The notes beneath the pieces were generated by a model. That model made no database searches. It was not told where the DNA came from and saw only the letters and a list, made by a program, of their open reading frames with translations. DNA of 64,000 nt, taken from positions 20,241 to 84,240 of the forward strand of contig DHXX01000012.1 of the NCBI GenBank assembly GCA_002413865.1. Direction: 5' to 3'. Shown here one piece after another: positions 16,414-23,455 of the stretch. A program made the translations under genes and the position numbers. Source of the stretch: Candidatus Saccharibacteria bacterium UBA5145. GTDB taxonomy: Bacteria > Patescibacteriota > Saccharimonadia > Saccharimonadales > UBA4665. Each line of letters starts with the position of its first letter. The stretch's first letter is position 1.

Positions 16414-17781
16414 ATGAATAAGAAACAACTAACCATTTTTGTCTCCGTAGCTACTGTCATCATAGTGATGGCGGTGACACTGTTTAACCACCACGGTACC
16501 TCGTTTTTAAAACCGTCAGGCAATCGAACCCTCTATGCTAGCCAAATAATCGGTCGTAATGTCCAGTTCCCAAATTTAATCGATAATAATACTCTGGAAT
16601 TCTTCACCGGCAGCTCATTTGCGACCATCGATCTCCGAACTTCACAAACCAAAACCTTTACGCCGGAATTCAACCTACCGAACGTTATTGATGTCGTGTG
16701 GAGCAAACAGCAGGTCTTGTTCGAGGTCGGACCTGTTTCCGCCCAGGATGATCTCTATGCCCAAGCCGACCCATCCGCCCAACAGGGGGCCAACTCTTGG
16801 TGGTTGTGGAGCCCAGGACTTAGCCAACCGCAGCAAGTAACTGGTGGGCTGGACGGCACCGTCAATCAAGCTGTTTGGAGCTCAGATGGAAAAGCGATCA
16901 TCGCTCTCACCCAACTCGGCACAGCCGCTAAGCAAACGATTGAGCACCTCAACCCGGCTTCGCTGGCCGTGACTAATAAATTCGCGGTTAGTAATTCCAG
17001 CTTGGTTGGCGATACCGCCCAAGGAGTTTTGGCCCATCAAGACGCCAACTTGGTAGTTTGGAAAGACGGCCAGCGGACGGTTCTGCCAATAACCGCCAAC
17101 ACGACCCGCCAACCCGTCGTCACCGCCGATCACAACGCGGTCATCTACGAAAACAATGCCGCGGAGCTTGACCCAAAAACCAACTCCACCGCCCACGCCG
17201 ATTTGTACATATACGATCTGGCGCTACACAAATCTTATCAATTGCTAAGCGCCGCCCAAAATACCAATAATTACACGACCTTCCAGAAGGGCATTTTAGC
17301 TCTGCCCGCCCCAGCCGATAACCTCAGTCCAGCCCAGTCGAGTACAGCAACGGCCCGCCTGACCACTGGGTCGGCCAGCAAGCAGACGGCCTATAGCTTG
17401 ACAGTGGCCGATCAAGACCTCCAATATATTGGACAGTTGCGCAGCGCCTGGGATATCTCCGGCAATTCCGCGACCGCCTTTGCCACGACCAATACCAATA
17501 ATGATTTAGTGCTCGTTAGTACAAATAAGTCCGTTCAATCTCAAGTCTCGCCTTACCGAGTAGTGTTTGTGGAAAATCCAACCGCCACAGTAACCGTTAA
17601 CGGCTCAGCTATCTACTACCTAGACTACAACGTGGCGACCAATGGTTTAAAGATATTTATCAATAATCCAACCGCCGACGCGCAAGCCGATCGAACCGCA
17701 CTACTAAACAACCTGACCGACTCACTACATGACCCCAACCAGGTCCAAAAAGAGTGGCAAACCAACCAGAATACCGAATAA
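16414..17781 (+). CDS. membrane-anchored beta-rich protein of unknown function (last gene of the T4SS operon)
   Basis: N-terminal TM segment LTIFVSVATVIIVMAVTLF. Repeated blade-like segments (VVWSKQQVLFEV, AVWSSDGKAIIAL, LVVWKDGQRTV, ADLYIYDL) suggest a TolB-like propeller. The start lies 2 nt after the upstream stop. Confidence 0.4.
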   Translation: MNKKQLTIFVSVATVIIVMAVTLFNHHGTSFLKPSGNRTLYASQIIGRNVQFPNLIDNNTLEFFTGSSFATIDLRTSQTKTFTPEFNLPNVIDVVWSKQQVLFEVGPVSAQDDLYAQADPSAQQGANSWWLWSPGLSQPQQVTGGLDGTVNQAVWSSDGKAIIALTQLGTAAKQTIEHLNPASLAVTNKFAVSNSSLVGDTAQGVLAHQDANLVVWKDGQRTVLPITANTTRQPVVTADHNAVIYENNAAELDPKTNSTAHADLYIYDLALHKSYQLLSAAQNTNNYTTFQKGILALPAPADNLSPAQSSTATARLTTGSASKQTAYSLTVADQDLQYIGQLRSAWDISGNSATAFATTNTNNDLVLVSTNKSVQSQVSPYRVVFVENPTATVTVNGSAIYYLDYNVATNGLKIFINNPTADAQADRTALLNNLTDSLHDPNQVQKEWQTNQNTE

Positions 17782-17819
17782 CCCCCTGAGGAGATATTGA
17801 GCTATCCAAAAGCTGGCTA

Positions 17820-18878
17820 TTAGCTCCCCAGCGGGAGGATGTGGCAGGTTTCGGTGAAGTGCTGCAGGACGACGTCGGCGTCGGTCGTCGTGATAAAGGT
17901 TTGGTAGTCTTTGAGATAGTTGGTCAGGGCCCGGCGGCGGGCGCCGTCGAGTTCGCTGAAAACGTCGTCGAGCAGCAGCAGGGGGGCGACGTCGTGGACG
18001 GCCTGCAGTCGGCCGAGTTCGAGGATTTTGAGCGCCAGAACGGCCGTCCGTGTCTCACCGCGCGAAGCCACGTCGGCGGCCGGTCGGTTATCAAACAGTA
18101 CCAGTAAATCTTCGCGGTGCGGGCCGGCCGAGGTAAAGCCACGCAAGCGATCGAGCTCGCTGCTCGCCTCGAGCTTTTTTAATAAGTGACTGTCATAGTT
18201 ATCGGCCGGCCAGCGGCTGTCGTAGACCAAACGCACATCGGTGGCGCTGTGCGATAGGTCGTGGTAGAGCCCGCCGATCTCGGCATTGAGTTCGGTCGTC
18301 AGTTGGCTACGATAGCGCACTATTTGGCCGGCCAGTTCGCTCAAACGAATGTTCCACGGGAAGAGCTGCATGTCTAAGCTCGCGCCGGCTTGTTTGAGCA
18401 GGCTGTTGCGCTGGGCGAGCGTCCGTTTATACTGGCGGCGCAGCGTGCCGTAGCCGCTGACCGTCTGCTCTAACAAATCATCTAAATATACCCGGCGCTG
18501 TTCGGGCGAACCAACCAAGAGTTGCAAATGGTTTGGTTCGAACAAAACGATTGGCAGCCGGTGGGGCAGGGTCAACCGGCTGTAGACCTTACCGTCGAGT
18601 TCGTACGATTTGCCCGGCAGCGGTTCGCGTATCAACTTAACCGTCCGGTTATTGCCCAGTGTGTCCTGGCTGTCGAGCCGAGCCCATGGAGCATCAACCT
18701 GGAGCAGTTCGCTGTCTCGAGCGCGATACGAACTGCCGGTCGCGACCACCAAAATCGCCTCCAGCAAATTAGTTTTACCGCTGGCATTCGGCCCGACGAC
18801 GATATTAATCCCCGGATCAAACTCGAAAATCTCATCGCTGTACGAGCGGAAGTGCTGCGCCCTTAAATTAGCAATCAC
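17820..18878 (-). CDS. recF: DNA replication and repair protein RecF
   Basis: N-terminus LRAQHFRSY...GINIVVGPNASGKTNLLEAI (Walker A) and C-terminal LLLLDDVFSELD (Walker B). Position downstream of dnaN fits. Confidence 0.9.
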   Translation of the reverse strand: MIANLRAQHFRSYSDEIFEFDPGINIVVGPNASGKTNLLEAILVVATGSSYRARDSELLQVDAPWARLDSQDTLGNNRTVKLIREPLPGKSYELDGKVYSRLTLPHRLPIVLFEPNHLQLLVGSPEQRRVYLDDLLEQTVSGYGTLRRQYKRTLAQRNSLLKQAGASLDMQLFPWNIRLSELAGQIVRYRSQLTTELNAEIGGLYHDLSHSATDVRLVYDSRWPADNYDSHLLKKLEASSELDRLRGFTSAGPHREDLLVLFDNRPAADVASRGETRTAVLALKILELGRLQAVHDVAPLLLLDDVFSELDGARRRALTNYLKDYQTFITTTDADVVLQHFTETCHILPLGS

Positions 18879-18991
18879 AGGATAAAACCCTAAAAGGTGT
18901 TAATTCTATATCAATCATATACATGCCAGTATACTAAACTCCTTATTTGTCTTCCTGAACTTTACCCACTCGTCAGCCTAGACCCCCCCTT

Positions 18992-19130
18992 GTCATCCTA
19001 GGGCCTTTTTGTCATCCTGAGCCATAGGCGAAGGATCTGAGTCCTCATAGCGCAGATCCTTCACTCCGTTCAGGATGACGGAATACTTTGTCATCCCAAA
19101 CTTGATTTGGGATCCAATAGATAAGGATTC
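18992..19130. repeat. mosaic cluster of GTCATCC-tagged repeats
   Basis: A lone gtcatcc tag (18992), a complete type III palindrome at 19011-19079, the linker ggaatacttt, then the 5' half of a type I element (gtcatcccaaacttgatttgggatccaat) from 19090. Confidence 0.85.
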
Positions 19131-19283
19131 TTCTATAGTGCTCATTGATCAATTTTCATTTAACAAATTAGTTACCAGGTATCATTTGTCAGATGGCCCG
19201 AGTGTCCGGGTGCAATGGTAAATTAAGAAATTTACAAATAATTTGTTAAATGACAAATGTTGTCTGTGAAATTGCTTTGGGCC

Positions 19284-20375
19284 CTAGCCTTTAAGGGGCA
19301 TGATGACGTGGCGGTAGTCATCGCTCGCCGGGTCACGTAACAGGGTTGGCTCGAGCTTGCCGTTAAAGCCGAAGCTGACTGTATCGCCCGATAGGGCGTT
19401 GAGGGCATCGAGTAAATAACGAGAGTTGAGAGTAATACTGCCGCTACCGGTCACTTTGGCTTCAGCCGTGGCGGTGTTTTCGCCGAGTTGCGAGGCGACC
19501 GAACGAATGCTCAGGCTGCCTGAGTCCTCGTCGACTTCAATCGTCACGCTGCCGGCACTTTCGCGCGCAAACAAGCTAGAGACCTTCGTGACGTTCACAA
19601 AGTCGCTGCGCTTGAGGGTGGCTTCAGACGTAAAGCCGCTCGGAATCAATTTTTGGTAATCGGGGTAGTTGCCGTCGACTAAGCGGGTGACGAGTTCGAC
19701 GTCGCCGACTCGGAACAGCACTTGCTGTTCGTCGTGCGTCACCGAGACGTCGTCGCCACCGTCGCCCAAAATGCGCAACAGGTCGTGCAGGGAAGACGCC
19801 GGGATAAGCAACCGAATAGCTTCTTTGTTGGTGCCCAAGCTCTTTTCGGCCAGGCGGTAACTGTCGGTCGCGGCAATCACCAGCTTATTGTCGATCGTAT
19901 GGAATAGCACCCCTGTTAAGACCGGGCGGGTTTCATCGCTCGAAGCCGCAAAGACGACTTGTTGGAGGCCTTTTTTGAGCAGCGCGCCGTTGACGGTCCA
20001 GGCTTTTCCGCCCGTAATGGCCGGCATGACGGGGAAGTCGTCGGCTACGATGCCGTTGACTACTGAACGGTATTGGTCGGTTGTGACGCGGAGTTTGGTT
20101 TCTTCTAATTCCAGGTTGATAACGCTGCTCGGTAGGCTATTAACGAAGTCTTGCATTAAGCGGGCCGGGACGGTGATCGAGCCTTCGGTGCTAACTTTGG
20201 CGCCAATATAGTGGGTAATGGCGATATCGAGGTTGGTCGCCGATAGGCTCAAGCGATTACTACTTGTTTTGACAAGTACGTTAGCTAGTATTGGTAGTGT
20301 GTTTCGACTATTAGCAACTCGTGCGACTGAACCTAGAGCACGGTTGAGGTTTTCCTGGGTGACTTGCAATTTCAT
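19284..20375 (-). CDS. dnaN: DNA polymerase III beta sliding clamp
   Basis: MKLQVTQENLNRALGSVARVANSRNTLPILANVLVKT... with three-domain length (363 aa). Synteny is dnaA-dnaN-recF. Confidence 0.9.
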   Translation of the reverse strand: MKLQVTQENLNRALGSVARVANSRNTLPILANVLVKTSSNRLSLSATNLDIAITHYIGAKVSTEGSITVPARLMQDFVNSLPSSVINLELEETKLRVTTDQYRSVVNGIVADDFPVMPAITGGKAWTVNGALLKKGLQQVVFAASSDETRPVLTGVLFHTIDNKLVIAATDSYRLAEKSLGTNKEAIRLLIPASSLHDLLRILGDGGDDVSVTHDEQQVLFRVGDVELVTRLVDGNYPDYQKLIPSGFTSEATLKRSDFVNVTKVSSLFARESAGSVTIEVDEDSGSLSIRSVASQLGENTATAEAKVTGSGSITLNSRYLLDALNALSGDTVSFGFNGKLEPTLLRDPASDDYRHVIMPLKG

Positions 20376-20392
20376 ACGGGGCTCCTGACGGG

Positions 20393-20466
20393 TATTAGTA
20401 ATAAGTAGCTTTTTAAATAATTTACTTTGTTATTGTTTTTATTGGCGGTGTGGATAATAGGGATAA
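20393..20466. promoter_or_regulatory. candidate oriC core: AT-rich unwinding-like stretch plus tandem DnaA boxes
   Basis: An AT-rich run at 20393-20447 abuts TGTGGATAA (20449-20457, a perfect complement of TTATCCACA) and TAGGGATAA (20458-20466, 2 mismatches). Confidence 0.5.
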
Positions 20467-20900
20467 GTAGTTGATTAACAGCGGTCAAATAGCTTAAAAT
20501 GCTGGGCACAACTAGGTGGTTAAAACGGGGCTTGGCTGCGCATAAAGCATAGTATTTGTACTCAGCCCACGAACAGCCCCTTCGACTACCTGCGCATAAG
20601 CCCAGGTTATATGCACCGTGAACCAATCCTGTGTACACATGTTGTACCCAGGCGGTGCACAGGTAGTAGGAACTAGAAACTAGGAAATGGGAAGTAGAAA
20701 CTAGCGATTTAGTGTCACTTTTGCTCATTGTTTCGCCTTCCTTTGCCACGGCGTTCACTAACTTAAAGCTATCTTGCAGTCCAGGCACGAAGCCTCGAGA
20801 CGACCTCGCAGTATGCCAGAAATTAGTTAAATTTAAATTAACTAACGCAAAACCGCCCGGCAGCCAACTAATTCCTAATTCCTGCTTCCTATTTCCTACC

Positions 20901-22283
20901 TTAGGCATAGAGCCGCTCTTTAATCTCTGATAGCGTGTGGCGCAACCCAGCGTCTTCGCGCGATTCTTTCTCGATTTTTTCGACCGAGTGGATAGCGGTG
21001 GTGTGGTCTTTGCGCCCCAGTTCGCGGGCAATCTTCGGGAAACTCAAATGCAACTCGCTGCGCAGCATATACATGGCAATTTGACGGGGGACGACGATGT
21101 CTTTGTCGCGTTTCGGACCCATGATTTCTTCCATCGGGATTTGGAAGTGGCGGGCGGTCCGTTCGATGATTTGTTTGGCGCTCAAATGCTTGGGCCGCGT
21201 CTTGCTGACGCCGAGCAGGCTGCTGACGATTTCGAGTGACGGCTCAAGGGCGCGCATTTCACAAAAGGCCAGCAGTTGGTTGAGGGCGCCTTCGAGTTCG
21301 CGGATGTTGGTTTGGACGTTGGTGGCAAGGTACTCGACGACGTCGGTCGGCAAGACCATATCGTGTTCTTGGGCTTTGGTCTGGACGATGGCACAGCGCG
21401 TTTCGAAGTCGGGGTTTTGCATATCGATGCTCATGCCCCAGGCAAAGCGGCTGCGTAAACGCTCCTCGAGGGTGGCGATTTCTTTGGGTGGCTTGTCGGA
21501 ACTGATGATGATCTGGCGATTACCTTGGTGGAGGGCGTTAAAGGTGTGGAAGAATTCTTCTTGCATCTTTTCTTTGCCGGCGATGAACTGGATGTCGTCG
21601 ACGATAAGTACGTCGGCCGTCCGGTAGTAACTGGCAAAATCGGCCGTTTTGCGGAAGCGCAGGGCGTCGACGAACTCCTGCACGAATTGCTCGGTCGAGA
21701 TGTAGAGGACTTTGGCGGCCGGGTTTTGCTTAGAGATGGCGTTGCCGACGGCCTGAATTAGGTGGGTTTTGCCGATACCGACGCCGCCGTACAAAAAGAG
21801 CGGGTTGTACTTGTTGCCTGGCAGCTGGGCGATCGACTGGCAAGCGGCGAAGGCCAGTTCGTTACCGGCCCCGACGATAAAGTTGTCGAAGGTGTAGCGT
21901 TCGTTGATGCCTTGGCGGTAGGAGTGGCTGAAACTGTTGTTGGTGCTGGCCCGAACGGCGCCCGAGCCGGCCGGCTCCTGGTTGGTGGTGGTGACGAAGA
22001 TCGGCTCGTCGAACTGCGGCGCGCGAGTCGTCGTTGAGAGCGGTGAGATTTTATATTCGATGGTAATGGGGTTGAGGCCGTTTTTGGCCAGGGTTACCGA
22101 GATCAGGTCGTTGTACTTGCGCTCCAGCTGCTGCTTGATAAAGACGTTGGGCACCCCAACGGTGACGGTCGTGTCGTCGTGGCTTAGCAGTTGGGTGCTT
22201 TTGAACCATGTCAAAAAATTGCCGCGCGACACCGAGAGCTCAATCTCTCCTAATACTGCCTGCCACAAACTGTCCTTTTGCAT
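20901..22283 (-). CDS. dnaA: chromosomal replication initiator DnaA
   Basis: AAA+ Walker A LFLYGGVGIGKTHL, Walker B VLIVDDIQF, and a C-terminal DNA-binding domain RQIAMYMLRSELHLSFPKIARELGRKDHTTAIHSVEKI. Confidence 0.95.
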   Translation of the reverse strand: MQKDSLWQAVLGEIELSVSRGNFLTWFKSTQLLSHDDTTVTVGVPNVFIKQQLERKYNDLISVTLAKNGLNPITIEYKISPLSTTTRAPQFDEPIFVTTTNQEPAGSGAVRASTNNSFSHSYRQGINERYTFDNFIVGAGNELAFAACQSIAQLPGNKYNPLFLYGGVGIGKTHLIQAVGNAISKQNPAAKVLYISTEQFVQEFVDALRFRKTADFASYYRTADVLIVDDIQFIAGKEKMQEEFFHTFNALHQGNRQIIISSDKPPKEIATLEERLRSRFAWGMSIDMQNPDFETRCAIVQTKAQEHDMVLPTDVVEYLATNVQTNIRELEGALNQLLAFCEMRALEPSLEIVSSLLGVSKTRPKHLSAKQIIERTARHFQIPMEEIMGPKRDKDIVVPRQIAMYMLRSELHLSFPKIARELGRKDHTTAIHSVEKIEKESREDAGLRHTLSEIKERLYA

Positions 22284-22329
22284 CCCGCTCCTTAATGTCT
22301 AACCTAAATATACACCAGCCGGGGTAAAG

Positions 22330-22454
22330 TTTTCCACACCTTTTGTAAAAAGTGTCGGCCGGACCCGCTAAAACACACAATAAGAAGTAATCTTATGCAC
22401 AGCCGCTCGCCCCATCTAGTAATCTGTGGAAAGAATTTGGCGGATGGTGGAAAA
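22330..22454. promoter_or_regulatory. cluster of degenerate DnaA boxes between dnaA and rpmH
   Basis: TTTTCCACA (22330-22338), TTATGCACA (22393-22401), TGTGGAAAG (22425-22433) and GGTGGAAAA (22446-22454). Each has 1-2 mismatches to TTATCCACA. Confidence 0.45.
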
Positions 22455-22465
22455 CTTGGTATTAT
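22437..22465 (+). promoter_or_regulatory. candidate sigma70-type promoter for rpmH-rnpA
   Basis: TTGGCG (22437-22442), 17-nt spacer, TATTAT (22460-22465). The spacer overlaps a DnaA-box-like site. Confidence 0.35.
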
Positions 22466-22580
22466 ACGAGGGTTAAATATTGTCAATTCTACGTATGCAA
22501 GCATCAAAAAACATGCTAGACGGGCAATCTTCTCAGTAGTGGGATTTCATCAAATAAACGAAGTGACGTAAGATAGACCT

Positions 22581-22718
22581 ATGCCTAAAAGAACATTCCA
22601 ACCAAAGAAACGTAGTCGCTCCCGTGAGCACGGCTTTATGAAGCGCATGGCCACCAAAGCCGGTAAGCTCGTTTTGAACCGCCGCCGCAACAAGGGCCGC
22701 GCCCGTTTAACTCATTAG
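22581..22718 (+). CDS. rpmH: 50S ribosomal protein L34
   Basis: Hand translation gives [45 protein letters not shown] (45 aa). It is too short for the ORF track, and its position upstream of rnpA is canonical. Confidence 0.95.
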   Translation: MPKRTFQPKKRSRSREHGFMKRMATKAGKLVLNRRRNKGRARLTH

Positions 22719-22723
22719 TAAAA

Positions 22724-22802
22724 AGTTATAAAGTTCATAAAGTTGAAAGTTAGCTCGGACTGCAGCCAACTTTTAACTTTATACTTTATGAACTTTATAA
22801 CT
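22724..22802. repeat. family IV long palindrome between rpmH and rnpA
   Basis: agttataaagttcataaagttgaaagtt ...loop... aacttttaactttatactttatgaactttataact: ~28-nt arms in inverted orientation. Confidence 0.85.
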
Positions 22803-22813
22803 CCCGTAGGGAA

Positions 22814-23176
22814 GTGATGATTACAAGGTCGCACCGCTTTCATGGAAACAACAGCCTGCGGGCTGTCTATCGTCGTGCCCAAACACAGCGTGGGACGCTC
22901 GTCAGCCTCAAAACAGTCGCCAATAAGCGCCCCGGAGGCTACCGCGCCGCCGTGGTCGTCAGCCGCAAAGTCAGCAAGTCGGCCGTCGTGCGCAACCGGA
23001 TCCGCCGCCGGATTTACGAAATTATTCGCTCGCACGCAGCTCAGCTCAGCGCCAGTGACCTCGTCCTAACGGTGTTTGGCGAAGAACTAGCGACGCTGCC
23101 CCACGCCCAACTGGAAGCCACCATCATCGACCTCCTAACCAAAGCCGGCGTCCTCAACTCTACCAGAAAGTTATAA
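22814..23176 (+). CDS. rnpA: ribonuclease P protein component
   Basis: Basic protein containing VVVSRKVSKSAVVRNRIRRRIYEIIR (the RNR motif), downstream of rpmH. The start is GTG 22814 or ATG 22817. Confidence 0.85.
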   Translation: MMITRSHRFHGNNSLRAVYRRAQTQRGTLVSLKTVANKRPGGYRAAVVVSRKVSKSAVVRNRIRRRIYEIIRSHAAQLSASDLVLTVFGEELATLPHAQLEATIIDLLTKAGVLNSTRKL

Positions 23177-23195
23177 AGTTCATAAAGTTGAAAGT
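23169..23195 (+). repeat. family IV half-repeat overlapping the rnpA stop codon
   Basis: agttataaagttcataaagttgaaagt is identical to the left arm at 22724-22750. The rnpA TAA (23174-23176) lies inside it. Confidence 0.85.
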
Positions 23196-23238
23196 CAGCT
23201 CGGGCCGCTCAGCCGCCCAGGCCCGCCACCACAACACC

Positions 23239-23314
23239 GTCATTCTGAGCGATAGCGAAGAATCTGAGCTAAGGGTTCTTCGGGGTGAGATCCTTCGCCT
23301 GCGCTCAGGATGAC
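23239..23314. repeat. type III GTCATTC...GGATGAC palindromic element (76 bp)
   Basis: gtcattctgagcgatagcgaagaatctgagc ... gagatccttcgcctgcgctcaggatgac. Paralogs at 19011-19079, 25771-25845, 54300-54372, 58235-58308, 60179-60253 and 60614-60687. Confidence 0.9.
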
Positions 23315-23455
23315 GCCAGGGCGGTAAAGTGAGCTTAAATGGCGAATAGAAATTTGCTAATAATTGCCAAACCAGTAAATGCTGTCTGTGAAATTGTCGC
23401 CCATACCTGTTATAGTAGAGCCTAACGAGAACCCAAAGAGGAGCCAGATAAGACA

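Noticed and set aside
2300-17781. T4SS locus as an integrative conjugative element or prophage remnant
   Set aside because: No integrase, relaxase, coupling protein, replication or partition genes, or direct-repeat boundaries are visible. The tRNA genes are 1.7 kb away with core genes in between. It is treated as a chromosomal system in the findings.
20372-21031. 219-aa minus-strand ORF spanning the dnaA-dnaN spacer
   Set aside because: It overlaps the 3' end of dnaA in another frame and runs through the AT-rich/DnaA-box region and family V repeats. Its composition is odd (Cys/Tyr/Ser runs) with no motif.
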